Below, one piece after another: positions 8,200 to 17,199 of a stretch of DNA of 32,000 nt (position 1 is its first letter; every line of letters starts with the position of its first letter). Source of the DNA: Candidatus Heimdallarchaeota archaeon (lineage in GTDB: Archaea > Asgardarchaeota > Heimdallarchaeia > Heimdallarchaeales > Heimdallarchaeaceae); contig DAOVER010000019.1 of assembly GCA_030668875.1 (NCBI GenBank), forward strand, positions 1 to 32,000, given 5' to 3'. The notes under the pieces are model-generated. The model was given only the letters and a program-made list of their open reading frames with translations. It did no database searches and was not told the DNA's origin. Position numbers and translations under genes: made by a program.

Positions 8200-9156
8200 A
8201 TGAAAAAATATTTAGTAACAGGCTCTTATGGGCAAATCGGTCAAGCATTAATTCCCGCCATGCTTAAGAGATATGGGAAGGAAAATGTTATTGCTACAGG
8301 AAGGAAGAAACCTATTCAATTATTCAAAGACTTAGACGTTAATTACAAAAGATTAGACGTGAGAGATCAGTTTGGTTTAAGATCACTAATCGTTGAAAAT
8401 GATATAGATATCATCATTCACAATGCTTCTGTTTTATCTGCAACGGGAGAGAAAAATCCCCAGTTAGCTCATTCAATTAACTTCGAAGGTTTCTATAATG
8501 TTCTAGAAGCATCTAGAGAATTGAAGATTGAACAATTATTTGCTCCTTCTTCTATAGCAGCTTTTGGTCCTACAACTCCTTTGGTAAATACTCCTAATAC
8601 GACTATAATGGAACCGACAAGTATATACGGAATATCTAAGGTTTATGTTGAATTAATGGGTAATTATTATAATTTGAAATATGGATTGAACTTCAGAGCA
8701 CTGCGTTATCCTGGTGTCTTAAGCCCTGAAGAACCTGGAGGTGGAACGACAGATTATGCAATTTGGATCTTCTATGAAGCGCTCAAAAATATGAAGTACA
8801 CTTGTTTCTTAAGTGCAGGCATTAGATTACCTATGATGATGATGTCAGATTGCTTAAAATCAACCTTCGACTTGTTAGAAGCCGATGATTCCAAGCTCAA
8901 ACATCGATCATTTAATGTTACAGGAATGAGTTTCACTCCAGAAGAACTAGCAGATGAAATAAAGAAATACTTACCTGATTTCCAAATCGATTATGAACCC
9001 GATTTCCGCGACGCAATCGCTCGTTCTTGGCCTCAATCGCTTGATGATAGTGTTGCAAGAGAGGAATGGGGTTGGGAACCTGAGTTGCCTTTTGAGAAAA
9101 TGGTTCCAGCTATGTTAGATGGTGTTAGTGAGAGAATTGGTATTTCTTATAAGTGA
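8200..9156 (+). CDS. Extended SDR, L-threonine 3-dehydrogenase-like
   Basis: TGSYGQIG Rossmann motif, HNASVLSATGE, PSSIAAFG, YGISK (YxxxK), RYPG, PGGGTTDYA, typical of SDR-type threonine dehydrogenases. Confidence 0.8.
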   Translation: MKKYLVTGSYGQIGQALIPAMLKRYGKENVIATGRKKPIQLFKDLDVNYKRLDVRDQFGLRSLIVENDIDIIIHNASVLSATGEKNPQLAHSINFEGFYNVLEASRELKIEQLFAPSSIAAFGPTTPLVNTPNTTIMEPTSIYGISKVYVELMGNYYNLKYGLNFRALRYPGVLSPEEPGGGTTDYAIWIFYEALKNMKYTCFLSAGIRLPMMMMSDCLKSTFDLLEADDSKLKHRSFNVTGMSFTPEELADEIKKYLPDFQIDYEPDFRDAIARSWPQSLDDSVAREEWGWEPELPFEKMVPAMLDGVSERIGISYK

Positions 9157-9406
9157 TGCTTTTTTCCTTTTCTTCTTTTATTGCTTTTTCTGAATTTCAA
9201 CAATTTTAGGATAATAAACCAACTTAACAGAAGTTGAAAGGGATGTGGTTCTCTAACATAAATCTTTTTAGAAAAAACAGTTTTAATATCCCAAAGAATA
9301 AATGAAACAGTTTCCCAAATTCTACTAAATCAGAACTTTTCTTATACTTGAAAAGTCAGGTGAAATATGTTTGTTGATATAAGAGATTGAAGTATGGAGT
9401 GATATA

Positions 9407-9658
9407 ATGAAAAAACATGACCTAGTTGCACCATGTGGTGATTATTGTAGTGGTTGTGGACAGTATAACGGACTAATTATTCAAATAGCCAAACTGATGA
9501 AGGAACTTGCAGATCTCTATGGATTTGAATTCCGTTCTAAAGGAGTATTTGATTTCAAGGAATTTGTAAAGGGACTAGACTGGTTTGTCAATAATGCAAA
9601 ATGTCCTGGTTGTCAACAAGAATATTTTTCACAGTTGTTCCTTTGGAAACTTCCATAA
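9407..9658 (+). pseudogene. Truncated DUF3795-like Cys-rich protein
   Basis: PCGDYCSGC and CPGC motifs, RBS-like GGAGTGA upstream. The expected later Cys motifs are missing, and the sequence after 9613 is the antisense strand of the next gene. Confidence 0.6.
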
Positions 9659-9731
9659 TTGTTTCTTCTCCTAATTGAGCATTGGGAAGATATTTTCTTA
9701 AAAAAGCATATGATTTTATTCGAATTTTCAA
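9614..9731 (-). pseudogene. N-terminal fragment of a MoaD/ThiS ubiquitin-like protein
   Basis: (M)KIRIKSYAFLRKYLP...GEETIMEVSKGTTVKNIL matches MoaD N-termini (TTG at 9731). The C-terminal half with the GG motif is absent. Confidence 0.6.
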
Positions 9732-9777
9732 TATGTCCACTTCTATGTTACTTTTTTCATGATTTGATATATTCTTC

Positions 9778-10107
9778 TCAAAAGTAATTAACTTCATTAT
9801 CTTTTGATTTACTCGTTATAAACCCATGACCCTTCATATGTTGACCTCCACAGAGCAAATACATGCCAGCTTCGAAGAGGGCTATTCTTGCACCTTTTGG
9901 AATTATCATTTGATGTTGCATTATAGGATTAAAATTAATGAAAATTTCACCAATTTCATCAAAACTCAGATTCAACCGTTTTTCGACTAAATCCGCTAGT
10001 GTTTCACCTTCTTTCCATGCAATTTTTATAGTTGAATCATCTGTTGGACCAGAATTATCAGCTAGTTTTCTCAGTCTGCCGTACAAATGAATTTCTATTT
10101 CTGACAT
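9778..10107 (-). CDS. MoaD/ThiS-like beta-grasp protein with a C-terminal extension
   Basis: IEIHLYGRLR...EGETLADLV...IFINF...GARIALF pattern, directly downstream of AOR. The GG is internal (LLCGGQH). Confidence 0.75.
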   Translation of the reverse strand: MSEIEIHLYGRLRKLADNSGPTDDSTIKIAWKEGETLADLVEKRLNLSFDEIGEIFINFNPIMQHQMIIPKGARIALFEAGMYLLCGGQHMKGHGFITSKSKDNEVNYF

Positions 10108-10269
10108 TGAATCATCACTTCTGTGTTATTTCCATTAGGGTAGTATTTTAAGGTATATAATTTTTATATTTCACAAGTTCTAAAAATGAAATATTAAAGC
10201 AAGTACAAGTAAGAAAAAAAGAAGAAACACAAGTATTTAAGAAAATAAAATAGAAGAGATTTATCTCTC

Positions 10270-12048
10270 CTAAATATTTTGATAGACAGCATCAAGTTCT
10301 TCATCAGAAACATCAAAAGTTACATCATGAGGTAATAATTTCTCGTCTCTAAAGAATTGTGGTAATCTATCATCCTCTTTAGTAAATCCAGCTTTTTTAT
10401 TAAACTCTTTTTCAATTTTAATGATTTTGGTTCCGACTTCAGTGATGTCATAACTATCTTTACCTAAGAAACCAGCTACTGTTTCTTCTAATCCTTCCAT
10501 TCCTTCTGCTATATCTAGAATTGCAAAGGCAATGAAGAGACAATAACCTGATTGATCTACATAGGCTGTTGTAGATTGGAACGCTCTACTTAGGTCTGCC
10601 TTTTTAGGCCCACGAGGATCGTCTCCACCAGCACTTCCAAGAATTTCAGGAGCGATTGTATATCCCGCAGTATGGTCTGCTCCCATTGCTGTAGTTGCAT
10701 AAGTCACTCCTATTCCTCTTATGGGTCGTGGATCATATGCTGGTAAAGCTTGATTTTTCACAACTGGAACACGATCGACACCCCATGTATCTGCAGCAAA
10801 CTTAGTTCCTTGCATGAAAACTTTTCCATCTTTATCATTGGAATCATAACATTTTTTCAGAAACTTAATTGCTACTTCACCATCACCCCAAGGAATTTTA
10901 CCTGAGTCCATAGCCATAGCAAGTGTATTCCCTGCTTCAATGGTATCCAAACCTAAATCATTGCATATACGATTCAATTTAGCTACATGTTCAAGGTTAT
11001 CAATGGTACAATTTGTACCTAAAGCCCATGCAGTTTCATATTCAAGAGGAGAGACAATAGCTTTTCCAGTTTCTTTGTCAGGTACAACATTGCTGCATTG
11101 TATTATACAACCAGGATGACATGGATGACCATATTTACCTTCTGCTTTATCACCAAATTTCTCATTAGTTTCATCTACAAGAGCATGAACAGCCTCACCA
11201 GAAATATTTTTAGCTCCCTCAAAATATCCTGATCTGAAGTTCTTTGTTGGTAAAGCACCAGCTTCATTGATTATATTCATAAGCACATTTGTTCCATAAT
11301 TCTTAAGAGCACCCTTATCGGTACCTGCTTTTCCACCAGTAACTGCATGTTCTTGAAGAGCAGAGATCATCTTTTTACGTCCTTTATCAAACAATTCCTC
11401 GTTTTTAGGCTTTGGACGTTCACCACCTGTGTCATCAGAAATCACAGCAATAATCCTTTTAGAGCCAAGAACAGCACCTAAACCACCACGACCAGCGTAT
11501 CTTCCTGGATCAGTATTTTCAATATTATTACCAAAAATCCCTGCATTCTTAGATAACCTTTGTCCTGCAATACCGGCACCACATAACCCTGCATTAGGGT
11601 ATTTGTCACCTAATTTTTCTATAAGTTCATATAAACCCATGTCAAAATATTCATTAGCTTTTATGAATTCGACTTTATTTTTAGATATATAGAGGTGGTA
11701 CCAATCATTATGTTGAGGTTTTCCTTCAATAATAACAGCTCGAAGACCTAATCTTGCTAATCTGGTTCCAGTCAATCCTCCTGCATTAGCTTCTTTTATA
11801 CCCCCAGTTAATGGGCTTTTTCCTCCAACAGACATCCTCCCTGAAGATGGGGCAGAAGTTCCTGTTAAAATACCTGGTGCAATAACAATTTTGTTTTCAG
11901 GACCAAGTGGATCAGATTTTGGATCTACTTCATCAGTTACAATTGTACTAGTTAATCCTCTCCCACCAAGCAACTTATATTTTTCAGGAATATCTTCCAA
12001 TTTATAGCTCATATCAGTTACATTTACTCGTAATATTTTATTTTCCAT
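10270..12048 (-). CDS. aor: Aldehyde:ferredoxin oxidoreductase (tungstopterin, AOR family)
   Basis: LLGGRGL, KSPLTGGIKEANAGG, AGRGGLGAVLGSK, CHPGCIIQC, EYET, CNDLGLDTI, DPR, GADHT. Confidence 0.93.
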   Translation of the reverse strand: MENKILRVNVTDMSYKLEDIPEKYKLLGGRGLTSTIVTDEVDPKSDPLGPENKIVIAPGILTGTSAPSSGRMSVGGKSPLTGGIKEANAGGLTGTRLARLGLRAVIIEGKPQHNDWYHLYISKNKVEFIKANEYFDMGLYELIEKLGDKYPNAGLCGAGIAGQRLSKNAGIFGNNIENTDPGRYAGRGGLGAVLGSKRIIAVISDDTGGERPKPKNEELFDKGRKKMISALQEHAVTGGKAGTDKGALKNYGTNVLMNIINEAGALPTKNFRSGYFEGAKNISGEAVHALVDETNEKFGDKAEGKYGHPCHPGCIIQCSNVVPDKETGKAIVSPLEYETAWALGTNCTIDNLEHVAKLNRICNDLGLDTIEAGNTLAMAMDSGKIPWGDGEVAIKFLKKCYDSNDKDGKVFMQGTKFAADTWGVDRVPVVKNQALPAYDPRPIRGIGVTYATTAMGADHTAGYTIAPEILGSAGGDDPRGPKKADLSRAFQSTTAYVDQSGYCLFIAFAILDIAEGMEGLEETVAGFLGKDSYDITEVGTKIIKIEKEFNKKAGFTKEDDRLPQFFRDEKLLPHDVTFDVSDEELDAVYQNI

Positions 12049-12091
12049 TATAACACCTATTACTAGTTATATTATTAATAACATAAACATT

Positions 12092-12380
12092 ATGTGAAAA
12101 AGTTAAAAAAATATCTTTTATAAATTTCTTTAAGAGATTTTGTATCCCTTTTCTCCATTATTCAATCAGAAATAATAAAGTTGGAAATATAATAAGTTTT
12201 GCTACTCCCAGTATTCGTTATCTGTATAGTCAGATATTACTCCTATTGATTCTGGTCTAAGATGTGATAAAACTGATCCTCCACCTTGAACTATTTCAAT
12301 TTCCATTTCAAGGTATTTCTTTTTAATAAGTTCTGCCATATTTTTGAATAATCAAGTCTGCTTCCATGACGATTGTTATA
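12092..12380 (-). repeat. Direct repeat copy B: degV 3'-end fragment plus ~110 bp of downstream sequence
   Basis: Aligns with 13786-14067 over its length and with degV 19455-19634 in the coding part. Confidence 0.9.
12202..12380 (-). pseudogene. degV 3' fragment, frameshifted
   Basis: Translates to ...NMAELIKKKYLEMEIEIVQGGGSVLSHLRPESIGVISDYTDNEYWE*. It has two 1-nt deletions relative to degV near 12345 and 12367. Confidence 0.88.
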
Positions 12381-12485
12381 CCCTTAGCTCAAACCGTTCT
12401 GTTTTTCTATAGTTGTTTAGAAATTTATTTAAACTAATTCAAAACTTCTTTCAATGGTAATATTTCCAGAAATGAAGCTGTTAAT

Positions 12486-13454
12486 ATGAGTGAATCTAAA
12501 ATCAAAATTGTTGAAGTAATAGATAAAATTGGTCAAGCTAAATGTTGTATGTCTCTAAGAAACATCATGATTTTAGCGATTCTTGCTGGTGTTTATATTG
12601 GTTTTGGGGGGGTATTGTCGATTATTGTAACTCATGATATGCCTGCAAATTTTGGTGTTGGTTTTACACAACTAATTTCTGGTATAGTTTTCTCAGTAGG
12701 ACTGATGTTAGTCGTTTTAGGTGGTGCTGAACTTTTTACAGGAAATAATCTACTAATTATACCTTGCATGGATCGAAAAATAACTCCGTTTCACTTAATT
12801 AAGAACCTTTCAGTGGTTTATATTGGTAATTTTGTTGGTTCTCTTTTATTAGTTGCCATTTTTGTAGGAACAGGAATCTGGAAAAACAATAATTATCTTG
12901 TAGGTGCAAGTTCATTAATAACTGCAAATAGTAAGGTAAATCTCACATTTTTAGAAGCATTTTGTAGAGGAATATTATGTAATTGGTTAGTTTGCTTAGC
13001 TATTTGGATATCTACATCTGCTAAAACAGTAATTGGTAAAATTTTTAGTGTTTTATTCCCAATTATGGCTTTCGTTTCAAGTGGTTTTGAACACTCAATT
13101 GCAAATATGTTTTTCATTCCTTTAGGACTATGGCTGAAAAATTACGATTCAATTGTTTCTGCAGCAGGCTCTCCTGATTTATCGAACCTTACTTGGGGAA
13201 ATTTTTTCTATGGAAATCTTCTTCCTGTTACACTTGGCAATATCTTAGGCGGATTGATATTTGTGGGTTTTCTTTATTGGTTTGTTTATAGAACAAAAGA
13301 CACAATTTGTGGAAGTAGTGATATTCAAAATGGTGAAAAAGATTTGTCTTCCGTAAAAAATAAATCTCAATCTATACCTAATCATATTAGTATAAAAATC
13401 CACAATAACATAAAAAAACGTAAAAACAGTGAGAAATACAAGAAAAAGAATTAA
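12486..13454 (+). CDS. Formate/nitrite transporter (FNT family)
   Basis: LAGVYIGFG, GAELFTGN, YIGNFVG, RGILCNWLVCLA, GFEHSIANMF, VTLGNILGG. It ends in a Lys/Asn-rich tail. Confidence 0.93.
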   Translation: MSESKIKIVEVIDKIGQAKCCMSLRNIMILAILAGVYIGFGGVLSIIVTHDMPANFGVGFTQLISGIVFSVGLMLVVLGGAELFTGNNLLIIPCMDRKITPFHLIKNLSVVYIGNFVGSLLLVAIFVGTGIWKNNNYLVGASSLITANSKVNLTFLEAFCRGILCNWLVCLAIWISTSAKTVIGKIFSVLFPIMAFVSSGFEHSIANMFFIPLGLWLKNYDSIVSAAGSPDLSNLTWGNFFYGNLLPVTLGNILGGLIFVGFLYWFVYRTKDTICGSSDIQNGEKDLSSVKNKSQSIPNHISIKIHNNIKKRKNSEKYKKKN

Positions 13455-13479
13455 AAAATAATTTGTGGTTAGATTCCTC

Positions 13480-13743
13480 ATGGTAGAGATAGTCGCGTTT
13501 TATGCAACACATTGGTGTTCAGCATGTAAAAGATTGGGGAATTTTCTTGAAGATCTTGGAGTAGATGTTAACTGGATTGATATAGATAAAGACAAAGAAG
13601 CTTCAGAAATAGTAATTGAATTAAATAATGGAAAAAGAATTATTCCTACAATAGTTTTTTCCGATGAAACTTTTTTGACAAATCCTGACAAGAACCTAGT
13701 TCTTCATAAGCTAGGTTCGAGTATGTATGATGTGCAACAGTAA
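13480..13743 (+). CDS. Glutaredoxin/NrdH/mycoredoxin-like protein
   Basis: WCSAC (CxxC), DIDKD, GKRIIPTIVF cis-Pro motif. The ATG at 13480 is preferred over the GTG at 13465. Confidence 0.85.
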   Translation: MVEIVAFYATHWCSACKRLGNFLEDLGVDVNWIDIDKDKEASEIVIELNNGKRIIPTIVFSDETFLTNPDKNLVLHKLGSSMYDVQQ

Positions 13744-13785
13744 ATTTATAGATTTGTCCACAGTTATTCATCGTTAGAATACATC

Positions 13786-14067
13786 ATGTGTAAAGGTCAA
13801 AAAATATTTTTTTAAATTTCTTTAAGAGATTTTATATCCTTTTTCTCTATTATTCAATCAGAAATAATAAAGTACAAAATCTAATAAGTTTTGCTACTCC
13901 CAGTATTCATCATCTGTATAGTCAGATATTACGCCAATTGATTCTGGACCAAGATGAGATAAAATTGATCCTCCACTTTGAACTATCTCGATTTCCATGT
14001 TAGGATATTTTTACTTGATAATTGCAGCAATATCGTTAGCATATTCCAAATTGCTTCCGTATAGCAA
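13786..14067 (-). repeat. Direct repeat copy C: degV 3'-end fragment plus ~110 bp of downstream sequence
   Basis: Aligns with 12092-12380. Confidence 0.9.
13894..14067 (-). pseudogene. degV 3' fragment with an in-frame stop
   Basis: LLYGSNLEYANDIAAIIK*KYPNMEIEIVQSGGSILSHLGPESIGVISDYTDDEYWE*. TAA at 14011-14013 lies where degV has GAA. Confidence 0.88.
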
Positions 14068-14277
14068 AATTTCAAATACCAAGGAGTCTGCTCATTGGTT
14101 TTCGTCTTAATCCAAAGTATAAACACTGGTGGTTGTTATAGGTTCCAACATATGAAATGGTGAGATTACATTCAATTATATCCCAAATAATAAGGAATAA
14201 GGCCATATGTAAGCGGAACAGTAGAAAGAAATGCTTTCATCGCAATAAATATATAGAAATAACATACAAAGAACTAG

Positions 14278-15309
14278 TCAAGCTCGGGATGATGGAAAAA
14301 ACTTCTTATTTTTCACACTTATAGCTACTAAATAGCCAATCACAGATATAATTATACCGCATAAAATATCTATAATAAAATGATGATTGAAATAGATTGC
14401 TCCTAGAAATATGGCCATACTGTAGGGAATAGTTAAATATAGTGATTTTTTCCATTTTTGATGAATACACAAGGTGGCTGATAAAGCGTAAACAGCATGA
14501 ACACTAGGGAATGCTGCAAAAGAGTTTTGTTCGAATGTTCCATAATACCACGAAAAAATATTCACTCCTAAAATCTCATCAATTCTTCCTAGACCAGCTG
14601 TTATATCGTGAGCATAATCTGCTGTAATATCAGGTTGAATAAAACCATATTGATTAATATACCAAGGAGCTGCAGCGGGAAAACTCACAAAGAGAATAAA
14701 GGATAGTAGTGTTACAGTATAGAATGTAATCACAAGAAATTTGAAGTTTTTCTCATCTCCTTTAAAATACAAGTATAATCCAAAAACTAAGGGAACAAAG
14801 GCATGTAATAGATAAATTCCACCTAAAATAAGATCAATAGGAATAGAATATAAAGTTGAATGAAACCATTGATTAGGGGTCATTCCTCCAAAAATCCATC
14901 CAAATAATTTCATCTCTAAGAGATAGATTTCTTCTGTAAGAACACGTGGATACAGCAAATTTTCTTTTATTTTTGACATTAACTCATAAGTAATCCAAAG
15001 TATGAAAAAAGGCAAACTATTAATTAATAATGTAATAGGGGTTTTAGAGGTTTTAAATTTCATCAAATATAGAACAGCAGAAAGAACAGCAAAAAAGAAA
15101 AAAACAATCCCAGATAATAATGAAATAAATACAAATCCTTCTCCATTTAATATAATTAAAATGATATTAAAAAGAAGATAAGCTATAGCAAAATAAATAT
15201 GATATTGTCCACTTCTAAAATCTTGCAATATTTTCTCTGATAACAATGTTTGTTTGAGTTTTATTTTTTCTTCTATTGGTTTAGTGTCTCTACATGTTTT
15301 TGATTCCAA
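14278..15309 (-). CDS. PAP2-superfamily membrane protein, Aur1/IPC-synthase-like (PAP2_3)
   Basis: FPAAAPWY, AAFPSVH, HHFIIDILCG motifs and multiple TM helices. The start (TTG) is uncertain. Confidence 0.8.
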   Translation of the reverse strand: MESKTCRDTKPIEEKIKLKQTLLSEKILQDFRSGQYHIYFAIAYLLFNIILIILNGEGFVFISLLSGIVFFFFAVLSAVLYLMKFKTSKTPITLLINSLPFFILWITYELMSKIKENLLYPRVLTEEIYLLEMKLFGWIFGGMTPNQWFHSTLYSIPIDLILGGIYLLHAFVPLVFGLYLYFKGDEKNFKFLVITFYTVTLLSFILFVSFPAAAPWYINQYGFIQPDITADYAHDITAGLGRIDEILGVNIFSWYYGTFEQNSFAAFPSVHAVYALSATLCIHQKWKKSLYLTIPYSMAIFLGAIYFNHHFIIDILCGIIISVIGYLVAISVKNKKFFPSSRA

Positions 15310-15424
15310 TTTTATCCCTTCTTAATATCAATTTACTTATAAAAAAAATAAAAGATGATCAGTTATTCTTTAATACTCTTCTTATTCTACTGATCGTTTG
15401 GTTATTCGTTTAAAGCTTGTTTTT

Positions 15425-15450
15425 AAAGATTCAAAAGTTCTTTTAATCTT
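15425..15450 (-). terminator. Hairpin downstream of the radical SAM gene
   Basis: AAAGATT-C-AAAAG-TT-CTTTT-AATCTTT inverted repeat. Confidence 0.35.
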
Positions 15451-15470
15451 TATTCTTAATTTGAAAAACA

Positions 15471-16994
15471 TTAACATACCTCCTGTTTAGTTGATTTATT
15501 GTTAGTTTCTTCATCGTCAATTCGTTCCTCAATACCATCCCAATTAATATCCCAGTACCGGGGGGGTTTTAAATCTACAAAATTCGATAATTTATTAGAT
15601 TCACGTCTAATTCTATCTGCCACTGGTGCCCACTCTTTAGCTGCTTGTTGGCATTTATCAGTAAGATCCTCAACTGATTCTTTGTCAATCATCTGAGTAG
15701 ATTTAGCATTTGATTTGTGCACCATCACTTTCAATTTATCAGGATTGTCAAGAAGAGGGCATGGACGTAAGTAGTTATTGTTGAATGGTTGTCTACGATT
15801 ATATTGTTTAAATAATGGTGATTTCAAAGATTCCAACAAACTTACATCTTTGATATTAACATTAGAATAATGTATAAATGCACATGGTTCAACATCTCCA
15901 TTTGCATTGATGTGTAGATAGCTTCTTCCTCCTGCTATACAACCTCTTGCATAATCTCCATCATTCCAAAAATCAATTAAGAAAATAGATTTTGTTTCTC
16001 TAAATTTACGAACTTGATGAAACATAAATTCTCTTTGTTCTGGAGTACTCATTAATTCTGGCATTGCATCTTTTCCAAGCGGCATATATGTAAATAACCA
16101 TCCATAACTTGCACCCATCTCAATCATATAGTCGATAAATTCTTCTGATCCTACAACATCCGTATTCTTATTGTGATAACAAGTAGAAATTCCAAATAAA
16201 ACACGATGCTCCTTAAGAAGCTTCATGGCTCTTATTACCTTTTGATAAGTCCCCTCCCCTCTACGGAAATCAGTTTCTTCTTCAAAGCCTTCCACACTTA
16301 TCGCCAGAGTAAGATTTCCAACTTCAGCTAATGCAATAGCAAATTCCTCATCTACCAAAGTTCCATTTGTAAATGCCAAAAAGACGCAATCTTGATGTTT
16401 TTTTGCTAACTTTAGAAGATCGTTCTTTCTAATAGTTGGTTCTCCACCTGAATATAGATACCAATAGATTCCCAATTCTTTCCCTTCAATTATAATTCTA
16501 TCCATTAACCTATAACTTAGGTTATCTGTTTTATCGTACTCTGCAGCCCAACACCCCTTACAGGTCAAATTGCACGCAGATGTAGGGTCCATAAGAATGG
16601 CTATAGGGACATTACATTGGTTTTCTCTCATTGCTTTGCGAGTTTTTTCAATTCCAACAAGTGCTGCATTCACTCCAAGATTCCGTACAAGGAGCTTCAT
16701 AGTATTTGGATTTATATTTTCAAACGACTCTAGAAGAAGCTTATACATAGGATTATTATCGTCACGAAAAGCTTTGAGATATTTCTTTTGAATAGGATCC
16801 GATGAAAATCGTTCAACACTCATGATAAGCCTTGGAATATTCTTTCTTGGGTTCTTTATAGCAAATCTTGTTGCATAATTTAAGACTAATTTATTAATTA
16901 TGTTATTTTTACTATTCATGCGTATCATCTTTGTGTCTGTAAACATGCGTTTCAAACGAGTATTTAAATCTTTTGTTTCAAACACTTGTTTCAA
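15471..16994 (-). CDS. Radical SAM protein with a SPASM/twitch-like C-terminus
   Basis: CNLTCKGC (CxxxCxxC), SGGEP, FTNGT, GCIAGG...VEPCAF, RPCPLLD. The true start is probably an internal ATG (16946, 16928 or 16919). Confidence 0.9.
   Translation of the reverse strand: MKQVFETKDLNTRLKRMFTDTKMIRMNSKNNIINKLVLNYATRFAIKNPRKNIPRLIMSVERFSSDPIQKKYLKAFRDDNNPMYKLLLESFENINPNTMKLLVRNLGVNAALVGIEKTRKAMRENQCNVPIAILMDPTSACNLTCKGCWAAEYDKTDNLSYRLMDRIIIEGKELGIYWYLYSGGEPTIRKNDLLKLAKKHQDCVFLAFTNGTLVDEEFAIALAEVGNLTLAISVEGFEEETDFRRGEGTYQKVIRAMKLLKEHRVLFGISTCYHNKNTDVVGSEEFIDYMIEMGASYGWLFTYMPLGKDAMPELMSTPEQREFMFHQVRKFRETKSIFLIDFWNDGDYARGCIAGGRSYLHINANGDVEPCAFIHYSNVNIKDVSLLESLKSPLFKQYNRRQPFNNNYLRPCPLLDNPDKLKVMVHKSNAKSTQMIDKESVEDLTDKCQQAAKEWAPVADRIRRESNKLSNFVDLKPPRYWDINWDGIEERIDDEETNNKSTKQEVC
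16977..16994. promoter_or_regulatory. Putative TetR-family operator TTCAAACA-CT-TGTTTCAA
   Basis: 18-bp palindrome with one mismatch, with a weaker copy at about 16938-16955, lying between divergent TetR and radical SAM genes. Confidence 0.5.
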
Positions 16995-17199
16995 TCACTA
17001 TTTTTAAATATGTCTTGAAATAATTATATTATAAGAGAAAACTATAAATTCAATTGAAATTTAGAATTAAGTTAGTCATCAAACTGTAGAAAAAGGGTAT
17101 ATCCCTATACTAAGAAGTATATTTGGACATATTCCTAATGGACTTCGTTAAGATACAAAAATGTTCAATTGCACAAAATCATACATTGGAGAACTGATC

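Noticed and set aside
12092-14067. CRISPR array, IS element or DGR template/variable repeat as an explanation for the repeats
   Set aside because: No short regularly spaced repeats, no transposase or terminal inverted repeats, no reverse transcriptase, and the differences are not restricted to adenines.
14070-14277. Hydrophobic reading-frame remnant on the minus strand between the PAP2 gene and degV copy C
   Set aside because: Interrupted by stops and no family is recognisable; it may be a decayed gene but this cannot be supported.
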